Shown: piece after piece, positions 31,149 through 42,876 of the stretch
Layout: each line of letters begins with the position of its first letter
How positions within the stretch are numbered: the first letter of the stretch is position 1
From: an uncultured delta proteobacterium
GTDB taxonomy: Bacteria > Desulfobacterota > Binatia > Binatales > Binataceae
Assembly (NCBI GenBank): GCA_963711565.1
Contig: CAVQEQ010000004.1
Location: 928,001-992,000, forward strand
Reading direction: 5' to 3'
Length of the DNA: 64,000 bases
Notes under the pieces: model-generated
Told to the model about the DNA's origin: nothing
What the model saw: the letters and a program-made list of their open reading frames with translations, nothing else
The model's database searches: none
Program-made: the position numbers and the translations under genes

Positions 31149-32846
31149 ATGAAAAAACTGACAGGAGCACAAATCGTTATCGAGAGCCTGATCGCCGAGG
31201 GCGTCGATGTAATCTTCGGCTATCCGGGCGGCGCAATTCTGCCCACTTACGACGCGCTGCTCGACTCGAAAATCAACCACGTTCTCGTCCGCCACGAGCA
31301 GGGCGCCACCCACATGGCCGAGGGCTATGCGCGCGTCAGCGGACGCCCGGGCGTCGTCCTTGTTACCTCCGGCCCCGGCGCGACCAACACCGTCACCGGC
31401 ATCGTCAACGCCTACATGGACTCGACCCCGATGGTCGTCCTCTCCGGCCAGGTCCCGACCACGATGATCGGCAACGACGCTTTCCAGGAGGCGGACTTCG
31501 TCGGCATCACGCGCCCGTGCACCAAGCACAACTTCCTCGTCAAGAACGTCAAGGACATCTCGCGCATCATCAAGGAAGCGTTCTATATCGCCGGCAGCGG
31601 ACGCCCCGGCCCGGTAGTCGTCGATCTGCCCAAGGACGTGCAACAGGCCGAGCACGTTCTTCACCTGCCGGACAAAGTTGACCTGCGCGGATACAAGCCG
31701 ACGATTCGCGGCAACCCGCGCCAAATCGAGCGCGCAATTGAAGCGATTGAGAAAAGCTTGACCCCGCTGTTCTACGTCGGCGGCGGCGTGCAATGGTCCG
31801 GCGCGGCGCCCGAGCTGCGCGAACTGGTTAAAGGACTCGGTATTCCAATTACCGAGACCCTGATGGGACTCGGATCGTACCCGGCCTCCGACTCGCTGCG
31901 GCTCGGGATGCTTGGGATGCATGGTTCGTACGGCACCAACACCGCGGTCTGCAACACCGACTGCCTGATTGCAGTCGGTGCGCGCTTCGACGATCGCGTG
32001 ACCGGCAAGATTTCCGAGTTCGCGCCCAAGGCCGAGACGATCATCCATATCGACATCGACCCGTCGTCCATTTCGAAGAACGTCAAGGTCGATATCCCTA
32101 TTGTCGGCGATATCAAGTCGGTTCTCACCGACATGCTGACTCAGATCAAAGGCCGCGAGAGTATCGCGAAGCGCCGTGCCGATTGGACGAAGTGGCATCA
32201 ACAGATCCTCCAATGGAAGAAGGAGAAGCCGCTCTACGAGAACGGTCATCGCGGCGAGAGCGTTTCCCCGCTCGACGTTATCGCCGAGATGCACAACATC
32301 ACGAAGGGCGACTGCATAGTTGCCACCGACGTCGGCCAGCATCAGATGTGGGTCGCGCAGATGTTCCCCTTCGAGAATCCGCGCTCGTGGCTGACCTCGG
32401 GCGGCTTGGGCACGATGGGCTACGGACTGCCGGCGGGAATCGGCGCGACCTTCGCCGCCCCCGACAAGAAAGTAGTGGTGGTCTCGGGTGACGGCTCGAT
32501 CCAGATGAACATCCAGGAACTGGGGACCGCGGTCCAATACAATGTGGATATCAAAGTTATCATTCTGAATAACTACTTCCTCGGAATGGTTCGCCAATGG
32601 CAAGAGAAGTTCTACGCCGAGCGGTATTCGTACTCAGCGATGTCGGTGCCGAACTTCGTCAAGCTCGCCGACGCGTACGGCGCGCGCGGCTTCCGCATCG
32701 AGAAAGCGAAAGATCTGGTCGCGACGATGAAGGAAGCATTCGCGACGCCCGGACCGGTGCTGATCAACGTCGTGATCCCGAAGGAAGAGGCCGTGATGCC
32801 GATGATTCCGCCGGGCGGCGCTATGTCCGAGATGCTGTTCGCCTGA
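31149..32846 (+). CDS. ilvB: Acetolactate synthase large subunit
   Basis: FGYPGGAILP, RHEQGA, TSGPGATN, DAFQEAD, DVGQHQMW, GDGSIQMNIQEL, LGMVRQWQ. Confidence 0.97.
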   Translation: MKKLTGAQIVIESLIAEGVDVIFGYPGGAILPTYDALLDSKINHVLVRHEQGATHMAEGYARVSGRPGVVLVTSGPGATNTVTGIVNAYMDSTPMVVLSGQVPTTMIGNDAFQEADFVGITRPCTKHNFLVKNVKDISRIIKEAFYIAGSGRPGPVVVDLPKDVQQAEHVLHLPDKVDLRGYKPTIRGNPRQIERAIEAIEKSLTPLFYVGGGVQWSGAAPELRELVKGLGIPITETLMGLGSYPASDSLRLGMLGMHGSYGTNTAVCNTDCLIAVGARFDDRVTGKISEFAPKAETIIHIDIDPSSISKNVKVDIPIVGDIKSVLTDMLTQIKGRESIAKRRADWTKWHQQILQWKKEKPLYENGHRGESVSPLDVIAEMHNITKGDCIVATDVGQHQMWVAQMFPFENPRSWLTSGGLGTMGYGLPAGIGATFAAPDKKVVVVSGDGSIQMNIQELGTAVQYNVDIKVIILNNYFLGMVRQWQEKFYAERYSYSAMSVPNFVKLADAYGARGFRIEKAKDLVATMKEAFATPGPVLINVVIPKEEAVMPMIPPGGAMSEMLFA

Positions 32847-32866
32847 ACCTGGCTGGAGGTGCACCG

Positions 32867-33412
32867 ATGGCGGCGCGCGTACCGTATCTGAATCGCGAGG
32901 ACCTTCCTGAAGCAGACCGCGTGATCTTCGACAACCTCGCCGCCGAGCGCGGCGGCACCGTCGGCAACATTTTCAAGGCACTGGCGCATACGCCAAATCT
33001 GCTCCGCCGCTTCTGCCAGATAGGCAGCGAGCTTCGCAACAAAACCGCGCTCGACCCAAAACTACGCGAGCTCGCGATCTGCACGGTCGGCCGCCTCACC
33101 GATGCGCAATACGAGTTCGTGCATCATTGGAATATCGCGCGCCGCGTCGGCGTCTCGCGCGATCAGCTCGAAGCGCTCGCCGACTGGGAGAAATCGCCGA
33201 AGTTCAGCGAAATCGAGCGCGCGGTCATTCGCTACGCGGTCGAGGCGACCAATAACATCCGCGTGACCGACGCAACCTGGAACACGCTGAAGACCTTCCT
33301 CGACACGCGCCGCCTAATGGAACTCGTGCAGAACGTCGCCTTCTACAACATGGTCGTGCGCGTGCTGCTGCCGGTCGGCGTCGAGCTGGAGCCGGGCACG
33401 ACCAGGCAATAG
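32867..33412 (+). CDS. Carboxymuconolactone decarboxylase/AhpD-like protein
   Basis: NIFKALAHTP, LDPKLRELAI, YEFVHH, FYNMV. GGAGG upstream of ATG 32867. Confidence 0.85.
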   Translation: MAARVPYLNREDLPEADRVIFDNLAAERGGTVGNIFKALAHTPNLLRRFCQIGSELRNKTALDPKLRELAICTVGRLTDAQYEFVHHWNIARRVGVSRDQLEALADWEKSPKFSEIERAVIRYAVEATNNIRVTDATWNTLKTFLDTRRLMELVQNVAFYNMVVRVLLPVGVELEPGTTRQ

Positions 33413-33414
33413 CG

Positions 33415-34083
33415 ATGGTCAAGACCTTTAATTTCTTCAAGCGCAGGCCGGAGCTGAGTGTAGAGCGCTTCCGCGAGTACTGGCTGAATCAACACGCAGC
33501 AGTGGTCCGGGCAATACCTGAGGTGCGAAAGTACGTCGCGTCGATCGCGTTGCCATCGTCGTATCGCGACAATCACGAGCCGCATTGCGACGGTATTTCC
33601 GAGGCGTGGTTCGACGATGAAGAGACGCTTCGGCGGATCGCCGACACGTCGCCGTTGCGCGCCGCGGTCACTGACGACGCCGTGTTTATCGATACGTCCA
33701 AAGCGGGATCGATCATCACCGACGAGATCGTTCAGAAGGAAGGCGCGCCGCCGAAAGATGCGGTCAAGGTTCTATCGCTGCTCACTCGCAAGGCCGGTAT
33801 GGACGTGGCGTCATTCCAGTCATATTGGCGAACGCATCATGGACCGCTGGCCGCGAAGCTCCCGCAGGCGCGACGCTATGTGCAATGCCATGTGCGTCCG
33901 TCCGGGTATGCCGACGGCCGTACGCCGCGTTATGACGGCGTCGCGGAGATGTGGTTCGACGATTTCGAGGCGGTCCGGGCCTCCGGCAATGCCGATGTCT
34001 ATCGAGACGTACGCGGCGACGAGCCGAAGTTCCTCACCGTTCCGTTACCGCGCGTATTCGCATCGGAACACCGAATCGTGTGA
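33415..34083 (+). CDS. Tandem EthD-domain protein
   Basis: Two repeats of R..(L/M)....F..YW...H...DG(I/V).E.WFDD. Confidence 0.85.
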   Translation: MVKTFNFFKRRPELSVERFREYWLNQHAAVVRAIPEVRKYVASIALPSSYRDNHEPHCDGISEAWFDDEETLRRIADTSPLRAAVTDDAVFIDTSKAGSIITDEIVQKEGAPPKDAVKVLSLLTRKAGMDVASFQSYWRTHHGPLAAKLPQARRYVQCHVRPSGYADGRTPRYDGVAEMWFDDFEAVRASGNADVYRDVRGDEPKFLTVPLPRVFASEHRIV

Positions 34084-34442
34084 CGCGGGCGCATCCAGAC
34101 TTCTACGAACAGGGAATCGATCTCTTCAACGAGGGACGCTTCTTCGAATGCCATGAGGCGTGGGAGGAAATCTGGAAGCGCTCCGACGGCGCGGAGAAGC
34201 TTTTCTACCAGGGATTGATCCAGGCCGCCGTCGCGATCCTGCACGCGCAGCGCGGAAACGTCGAAGGTGCGCGCTCGCTGTACGAGAAAGCCTCAGCCAA
34301 GCTCGATCCTATTCCCCACGAACACATGGGCTTGGCAGTGGGCGAGTTGCGCATCGAGCTGAGCCGCTTCATCGATATCGCAACCCGCGCAGACGGCACC
34401 GCGCTACCGAACCCGCCGCGTCTGCGTCGAATCGTGAAGTGA
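34080..34442 (+). CDS. DUF309 domain protein
   Basis: LFNEGRFFECHEAWEEIW...FYQGLIQAAVA. Confidence 0.88.
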   Translation: MTRAHPDFYEQGIDLFNEGRFFECHEAWEEIWKRSDGAEKLFYQGLIQAAVAILHAQRGNVEGARSLYEKASAKLDPIPHEHMGLAVGELRIELSRFIDIATRADGTALPNPPRLRRIVK

Positions 34443-34487
34443 TTCCCGGCGCGTTGATGCGGATTCAATGCGGGAATAGTCTCATCG

Positions 34488-35897
34488 TTGATGATTCGGG
34501 ACGCTCATAAGACGGTCGTTGGTGCGATCGAGGCGGCGCTTTGGCGCGCGGGGGTTCGTACCGGCTCATCGTTGCTGATCGGACTGTCAGGCGGGGCGGA
34601 TTCGGTTGCGCTTACGTACGTCCTGGTCGAGTTGCGCGAGCGGATGGGGTTGGAAATCTCGGCGGCGCATCTCAACCATCGGATTCGCGGCGCTGAATCG
34701 GATCGCGATGAAGATTTCGTTCGGCGGATGTGCGCGCGGCTCGGTATCGAGTTGATCGTCGAGCGCGCTGACGGGCTTGACGCATCGACTTCGAGTGCGA
34801 ACCTCGAGGAACGTGCGCGCGATGCTCGGCGCGAGTTTCTGTTGCGCGTCACGGATCGAATTCAGGCTGATTTCGTTGCCCTAGGGCACCATCGCGACGA
34901 CCAGGCTGAGACTGTGCTGATGCGTTTGATGCGCGGCGCTGGGGCGGCGGGGATGGCAGCGATGGCCGAGCGCGGGCCCGGACGCCTCATTCGGCCGATG
35001 CTGTCGCTATCGCGCGCCGAGATTCGAGACTACCTTGGCGCGCGCGGGATTTCGTTCGTCGAGGATTCATCGAATTCGTCGCGCGACATTTTGCGCAACC
35101 GGATTCGCGCCGAGCTGCTGCCGATGCTCGAGCGCGACTATGCGCCCGGCCTTGGCGAACGGCTGGTGGAATTGGCGGGCGAAATGCGCTCGCTCGACGA
35201 TCTCGTCACGGCAATCGCGGCGCGCGAACTCGACGCGATGCGCGTCGGCGGTGGCGCGCTCGACGTGTCGGGCTTCGGCGCGATTAATCGCGCAGTGCAG
35301 CCCGCCGCGATCCGGCTGTACCTCGCCGAGTGGATGGGATCGTTGCGCAGAATCTCGCGGGCGCATATCGAGGCGGTGCGCGCGCTTATCCTCGAAGGCG
35401 GTCCGAGCAACTCGATCGATCTTCCGGGCGGCTGGCGCGCCGCGCGCGAGTACAATCTTTTTCGGCTGGTGAATGCGCACGAGCGCAAAGCCCGCGCCCC
35501 TGCATTTTCGGCGGCGATTGCGGCGGACGGAATCACAATCATCGAGGCGGTGGGGTTCAAGTTCGAGGCTTCGACGATTGCCGCGGCGGACGCGTCGATG
35601 CCGGACAGCCTGTCTGTCGCGATATTCGACGCTGCGAAAATTGCCGATACGGGCCTGGTCGCGCGCAATTTCATGAATGGCGACAGGATTCATCCGATGG
35701 GGATGCGCGGCACGCGCAAGGTCCACGACGTGTTCGTCGATCGCAAGCTGCCGCGCGCACGGCGCGAGCGCTTTCCGGTGGTCACGGTCGGCGATACGAT
35801 CGCGTGGATCCCGGGCCTCGCACGCGCCGACTGCGCACTCGTCACCAAGGCCACCGAAACCATACTGCGCGTTGAGGCGTCTGCAATCGCCGCTTAG
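34488..35897 (+). CDS. tilS: tRNA(Ile)-lysidine synthetase
   Basis: SGGADS, HLNHRIRG, GHHRDDQAET, RPML, DSSN, RNRIR; lies upstream of ftsH. Confidence 0.96.
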   Translation: MMIRDAHKTVVGAIEAALWRAGVRTGSSLLIGLSGGADSVALTYVLVELRERMGLEISAAHLNHRIRGAESDRDEDFVRRMCARLGIELIVERADGLDASTSSANLEERARDARREFLLRVTDRIQADFVALGHHRDDQAETVLMRLMRGAGAAGMAAMAERGPGRLIRPMLSLSRAEIRDYLGARGISFVEDSSNSSRDILRNRIRAELLPMLERDYAPGLGERLVELAGEMRSLDDLVTAIAARELDAMRVGGGALDVSGFGAINRAVQPAAIRLYLAEWMGSLRRISRAHIEAVRALILEGGPSNSIDLPGGWRAAREYNLFRLVNAHERKARAPAFSAAIAADGITIIEAVGFKFEASTIAAADASMPDSLSVAIFDAAKIADTGLVARNFMNGDRIHPMGMRGTRKVHDVFVDRKLPRARRERFPVVTVGDTIAWIPGLARADCALVTKATETILRVEASAIAA

Positions 35898-35947
35898 CGA
35901 TTACCGCGTTGCGTGGGCCTCAACCTGCGTGATACTTTTTTAATAGC

Positions 35948-37876
<1,929 letters not shown>

Positions 37877-37981
37877 GCGTCTCGCGGGCGCGCTGGCTCA
37901 CGCTACGACTCATTCGGTTCGCAATTGCGAGTCGGCAACCACGCGCGGGTGAGGGGGTGTGAAGGGAGTGGGGCCGGTGCG

Positions 37982-38920
37982 ATGCGACGCTCGCCGATTC
38001 AATCCAAGTCCTCATCCAACGATAGCGGCTCGCGCAAGCGGACCGCTCAATCTCAATCAACGCCCGCAAATCTCAAGCTGGCTGACGGCCGCGTAATCAG
38101 GTTTCCCGCGGTGATGGGCGTGCTCAACGTGACGCCCGACTCCTTCTCCGACGGCGGCAAATATTTGGATCCCGACCGCGCCGTCGAGCATGCGCTCGCG
38201 ATGGAAGCGGCGGGCGCCGACGTGATCGACGTTGGTGGAGAATCGTCGCGTCCGATGGGCGCAGTCGAGATACCTGTCGAGGCCGAGCTTGCGCGCGTGA
38301 TGCCGGTGCTCGAGCGGCTTGGCAAGCGGCTGCGAGTGCCAATCTCGATCGATACGCGGCGGGCAGCGGTCGCGCGCGTCGCGCTCGAGTCGGGCGCGGC
38401 GATAATCAACGATATCACTGCGCTCGGCCACGACTGCGAAATGGCGCCGCTGGCGGCGCGAACCAGGTGCGCGGTGGTGCTGATGCATATGCGCGGCGGT
38501 CCGACCAATCATATCGAGTTCGCGCGCTACCGCGACGTGGTGCGCGAGGTCGTCGAGTACCTCGATGTGCGCGCACGATTCGCCGTCGCGGCGGGAGTTG
38601 CACGCTCGCGAATAATCGTCGATCCGGGACTGGGCTTCGCCAAGACCGCGCAGCATAATCTGAAATTGCTGGCCGCCTTGCCCGACCTCTGTGCGCTCGG
38701 CTATCCCGTATTGGTAGGCGCGTCGCGCAAGACTTTCGTAGCGCGAATCGCAGGCGCAATAGAGCGAGATTTGGAATTCGGCACGGCGGCGGCGAATGCA
38801 CTCGCGATTGCGGCGGGCGCGTCGATCGTTCGCGTACATGACGTGGGCGCGGGCGTCGCCGCGGTGCGAATGGCCGCGGCGATGTCGGGACGGGATCAGC
38901 GGTTCAGGCACCATGCATAA
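37982..38920 (+). CDS. folP: Dihydropteroate synthase (start uncertain)
   Basis: MGVLNVTPDSFSDGG, DPGLGFAK, GASRK, VRVHDV. Confidence 0.96.
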   Translation: MRRSPIQSKSSSNDSGSRKRTAQSQSTPANLKLADGRVIRFPAVMGVLNVTPDSFSDGGKYLDPDRAVEHALAMEAAGADVIDVGGESSRPMGAVEIPVEAELARVMPVLERLGKRLRVPISIDTRRAAVARVALESGAAIINDITALGHDCEMAPLAARTRCAVVLMHMRGGPTNHIEFARYRDVVREVVEYLDVRARFAVAAGVARSRIIVDPGLGFAKTAQHNLKLLAALPDLCALGYPVLVGASRKTFVARIAGAIERDLEFGTAAANALAIAAGASIVRVHDVGAGVAAVRMAAAMSGRDQRFRHHA

Positions 38921-39665
38921 CTACATACCAATGATACCGCAGCCGCGATGGCAGGATGTCGTAGACGTCCTGATCGTCGCGTACGTGATCTACCGGATCG
39001 CGCTTTTGATTCGTGGCACGCGCACGATGCAGATGGTGTTGGGGATGGTGATCGTGGGCGGCGCGTTCGTGGCGTCGCAGGTGCTCGGTCTGTTCACGCT
39101 GAATTGGCTTCTGAATAACTTTCTTGGATCGTTGTTCGTGATCCTGGTGGTAATCTTCCAGGCGGATATTCGGCGCGCGCTGACGCGCGTCGGCGCGCAA
39201 TCCTTCCTGGGCCGCAGCGCGGCGGCGGTCACGCCTGCGGAGGAAATCGCGACGGCGGCGGCATGGCTGTCGGCGCGTAAAATTGGCGCGCTGATCGTGA
39301 TCGAGCAGGACGACGGGCTCGGTGAGTTTGTCGAGAGCGGAAGAATCATTGAGGGCAAGGTCTCGCCGGAACTGCTCGAAACGATTTTCATGAACGGCTC
39401 TCCGCTGCACGATGGCGCGGTAATAATAAATGGCGATCGGGTACTCGCGGCGGCGTGCCTGCTGCCGCTGTCGCAGAATCCCAACGTGAGCCTGTCGCTC
39501 GGCACGCGTCATCGCGCGGCGATTGGCTTGAGCGAGGACAGCGACGCGGTCGTGCTGGTCGTGTCGGAGGAGAGCGGGGCGATTTCGCTTGCGCGCGGCG
39601 GAGTGTTGAGCCGTGGACTGGAGCCGGCCGAGGTTTTGTCCACGCTGAGGAAGCTGCCGGCCTAG
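38913..39665 (+). CDS. cdaA: Diadenylate cyclase CdaA
   Basis: Three TM helices, IFQADIRRAL, LHDGA, GTRHRAA, VSEE. Confidence 0.95.
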   Translation: MHNYIPMIPQPRWQDVVDVLIVAYVIYRIALLIRGTRTMQMVLGMVIVGGAFVASQVLGLFTLNWLLNNFLGSLFVILVVIFQADIRRALTRVGAQSFLGRSAAAVTPAEEIATAAAWLSARKIGALIVIEQDDGLGEFVESGRIIEGKVSPELLETIFMNGSPLHDGAVIINGDRVLAAACLLPLSQNPNVSLSLGTRHRAAIGLSEDSDAVVLVVSEESGAISLARGGVLSRGLEPAEVLSTLRKLPA

Positions 39666-39701
39666 GGGCGCCGAAGCAAAAAGAGCGAAGGACGACGCAC
39701 G

Positions 39702-40685
39702 ATGAAGCTGGGCGATTTCAATTATCTGTTCGCTGCAAGCAGCTCGCGGCGCCTTCGCGGCGGCGATATCGGGTTACGCATCCTGTCCGTGGTGCTCGCG
39801 GTCGGGCTCTGGATATTCGTCAACGCAGGCGAGCGCGGCTCGGTCGAGTCGCTGACGGTGCCCATAAGCTATGCGTCGCTGCCGCAGGGGATGGTGATCG
39901 TGAACCATCCGCCGACGCAGGTGAAGATCGAAGTTACCGGTCCGCGCACGCTGCTGTCGCTGCTCGATCCCGAGCGCCTCACGCTCAAGATCGATCCGGC
40001 CAGTCTGGCTCCGGGACAGTCCGAGATCAAAGTATATCCCGCGATGTTCAACGTCGGACGAAACACCACGGTGACCAGCATCTCGCCGGATCAATTGTCG
40101 CTCGATATCGATCGCCTGGTTACGCGTGACGTGCCGGTCCATCTCGCGGTCGAGAACGAGGTCGCGCCCGGCTACACGATTTCATCGGTGGATATTACGC
40201 CGCCGAGCGTCACCATGATCGGGCCAAGCCGCTCTGTCTTGCCGCTGACGTTGGTCAGTACTGAGCCGCTCGACTTGAAGGGACTCACTGCGGATACCAG
40301 CCGTTCGGTGGAGATTGTGCCGCCCGATCCGACAATGGGCTTGTCCACCGGTCACGTCGACGTGAAGGTCAACGTGGCGGAGGCGATCACCGACCGTGAG
40401 TTTCGCGCGGTGGACGTTGAGGTCAAGGACAGCGATTTCAAGTATCGCGTCGAACCGAAGCAGGCAACGCTGACGATTCGCGGGCCGGCTGTCAAGCTGG
40501 CGGGCCTCGCACCGAAGGGGTTGGCCTACGTCGACGCCAACGGCCTCGCGCCGGGCTCGCATGAATTGCCGCTGCAGGTGACGGTGCCCGACGGCATGCA
40601 GTTGGTGCGCCAGTCGCCCGACAAGGTTAGACTCCGCATGTATCACGAGAAGCTGACAACTGCGGCCGATGAGCATCCATCGTAA
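39702..40685 (+). CDS. cdaR: CdaR/YbbR-like protein
   Basis: N-terminal TM (LAVGLWIFV), repeated V.V.GP beta domains, position between cdaA and glmM. Confidence 0.88.
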   Translation: MKLGDFNYLFAASSSRRLRGGDIGLRILSVVLAVGLWIFVNAGERGSVESLTVPISYASLPQGMVIVNHPPTQVKIEVTGPRTLLSLLDPERLTLKIDPASLAPGQSEIKVYPAMFNVGRNTTVTSISPDQLSLDIDRLVTRDVPVHLAVENEVAPGYTISSVDITPPSVTMIGPSRSVLPLTLVSTEPLDLKGLTADTSRSVEIVPPDPTMGLSTGHVDVKVNVAEAITDREFRAVDVEVKDSDFKYRVEPKQATLTIRGPAVKLAGLAPKGLAYVDANGLAPGSHELPLQVTVPDGMQLVRQSPDKVRLRMYHEKLTTAADEHPS

Positions 40686-42036
40686 ATTGTTCGGCACCGA
40701 CGGCGTCCGCGGCGTCGCCAACGTCGAGCCGATTACGTCGGAGACCGCGCTCAAGCTGGGCCGCGCACTCGCGCATGTGTTCCGCAACAACACCGGGCGT
40801 CATCGCAAAATTCTGATCGGCAAGGATACCCGCCTCTCGGGCTACATGCTCGAGACCGCGATCGAGTCCGGCATCTGCTCGATGGGCGTGGACGTGTGGC
40901 TGGTCGGGCCGCTGCCGACGCCGGCGATCGCGTTTCTGACGCGCAGTATGCGCGCCGACGCGGGCGTGGTGATTTCAGCTTCGCACAATCCCTTCCAGGA
41001 CAACGGGATCAAGTTTTTCTCGCGTGAAGGATTCAAGCTCGACGACGAGACCGAGCGGCGGATCGAAGCGCTGGTGTTCGATGAGGCCGAGATCGGAGAG
41101 AGTCGCGCGCGTCCCGACGATATCGGCAAGGCGGCGCGAATCGACGACGCGCTCGGCCGCTATCTGGTGTTTCTGAAGTCGTGCCTGCCGCGCTCGGTCA
41201 CATTCGACGGCTTGAAGGTCGCGATCGATTGCGCCAACGGCGCTGCCTACAAGGTCGGTCCCGAAGCGCTCGAGGAACTTGGCGCCGAGGTGGTCGCGAT
41301 CGGGGTCGATCCCGACGGCAAGAACATCAATCTGAATTGCGGCGCGACCCATCTCGACGCGATTCGCGAAACAGTTCTGCGCGAGCATTGCCACGTCGGC
41401 ATTGCGCTCGACGGCGACGGCGATCGCGTGATGCTGATCGACGAGCGCGGCGAAGTCTGGGACGGCGACGACGTGATGGCGTTGCTCGGGCGCAAGCTCG
41501 CTGCCGAGGGGCGCCTCAGCGGCAACGCCGTCGTCGCAACCGTGTTGAGCAACTTCGGACTCGAGCTGGCGCTGCGCGACGCGGGCGTGCGGCTGATTCG
41601 CACCGAGGTCGGCGACCCCGCAGTCGCGCGCGAGATGCGTCTCAACTCGTACAACCTGGGCGGCGAGCAGTCGGGCCACTTGATCTTCATGGATCACTCG
41701 ACCACCGGCGACGGGCTGATCAGCGCTCTGCTGGTGCTCGCGCACCTCGCCGAGAGCGGACGGACGCTCAGCGAACTTCGCGCCATGCGCCGTGTGCCGC
41801 AGGTGCTCGAAAACGTGCGCGTGAAGACTCGCGTGCCGCTGGCCGAAATGCCTGACGTTCAACGAATCATCGCCGACGCCGAGAAACGTCTGGCAGGCAC
41901 CGGCCGGTTGCTGGTGCGATATTCGGGAACCGAGATGCTCGCGCGCGTGATGGTCGAAGGCGAAGACGGCGCCCAGATCAAAATGCTGGCGCAAGAGATA
42001 GGCGCCGCAATCCAGAAGTACGCCGGCGCCCCGTGA
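40669..42036 (+). CDS. glmM: Phosphoglucosamine mutase
   Basis: FGTDGVRG, SASHNP, DGDGDR, GGEQSGH, RYSGTE. Confidence 0.96.
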   Translation: MSIHRKLFGTDGVRGVANVEPITSETALKLGRALAHVFRNNTGRHRKILIGKDTRLSGYMLETAIESGICSMGVDVWLVGPLPTPAIAFLTRSMRADAGVVISASHNPFQDNGIKFFSREGFKLDDETERRIEALVFDEAEIGESRARPDDIGKAARIDDALGRYLVFLKSCLPRSVTFDGLKVAIDCANGAAYKVGPEALEELGAEVVAIGVDPDGKNINLNCGATHLDAIRETVLREHCHVGIALDGDGDRVMLIDERGEVWDGDDVMALLGRKLAAEGRLSGNAVVATVLSNFGLELALRDAGVRLIRTEVGDPAVAREMRLNSYNLGGEQSGHLIFMDHSTTGDGLISALLVLAHLAESGRTLSELRAMRRVPQVLENVRVKTRVPLAEMPDVQRIIADAEKRLAGTGRLLVRYSGTEMLARVMVEGEDGAQIKMLAQEIGAAIQKYAGAP

Positions 42037-42039
42037 TCG

Positions 42040-42795
42040 TCATTTTCGCTTCGCGCGCTTGACCCTCGCCGGCTTCGAGCCGAGCGCCTTCAGGTATGCC
42101 TTCACCGTCCGCGTCAGGCCCATGTAGAGCGCGTCACTGACCAGCGCGTGGCCGATCGAAACTTCCTGCAAGCCCTTCACTGCTTTCGCGTAGGCGGGAA
42201 TATTTTTGAGATCGAGATCGTGGCCGGCATTTACGCCGAGTCCGATCGTTCGCGCCAGGAGCGCGGCCTCGCGATGCGCCGCAAGGATTGTTTTGCCTGC
42301 CGGCGTGCCGAACGCTTGCGCGTACGGTCCGGTGTATAACTCGATTCGATCCGCTTCCAGCTTTCGCGCGCGTCTGATCTGATCAGCATCGGGGTCGAGA
42401 AAGAGACTGGTCCGGATGCCCGCCTTCTTGAACCCGGTGAGCAGGTCACCAAGCCAATCTGCAGCTCCGCTCCTCAGGTTCCATCCCGCGTTCGAGGTCA
42501 GCACGCCGGGCGGGTCGGGCACCAGCGTCACCTGCGTCGGCCGCACGCGCATCACGAGGTCGATAAATTCCGCGCCCGGGTATCCTTCGATATTAAACTC
42601 GACCGTCATCATCGCGGCGAGATCGAATACGTCCTGAAACGTGATGTGCCGCGCGTCGGGTCGCGGATGCACCGTGATACCGTGGCATCCTGCGGCGATG
42701 CAGGTGCGCGCCGCCTCGACCAGGTCGGGAATATTTCCGCCGCGCGCATTTCGTAGCGTTGCGATCTTGTTGACGTTGACGCTGAGGCGAATCAT
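42040..42795 (-). CDS. pdxJ: Pyridoxine 5'-phosphate synthase
   Basis: LSVNVNKIATLRNARG, GITVHPRPDARHI, IELYTG, VNAGHDL, EVSIGHAL. Confidence 0.95.
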   Translation of the reverse strand: MIRLSVNVNKIATLRNARGGNIPDLVEAARTCIAAGCHGITVHPRPDARHITFQDVFDLAAMMTVEFNIEGYPGAEFIDLVMRVRPTQVTLVPDPPGVLTSNAGWNLRSGAADWLGDLLTGFKKAGIRTSLFLDPDADQIRRARKLEADRIELYTGPYAQAFGTPAGKTILAAHREAALLARTIGLGVNAGHDLDLKNIPAYAKAVKGLQEVSIGHALVSDALYMGLTRTVKAYLKALGSKPARVKRAKRK

Positions 42796-42876
42796 TTCGA
42801 CCCCTAACTTACCAGACCGACTCCACTCATTCACGGGTAACGTGCTTGGTGTAATATTTTGTTGGAATAACCGCCG

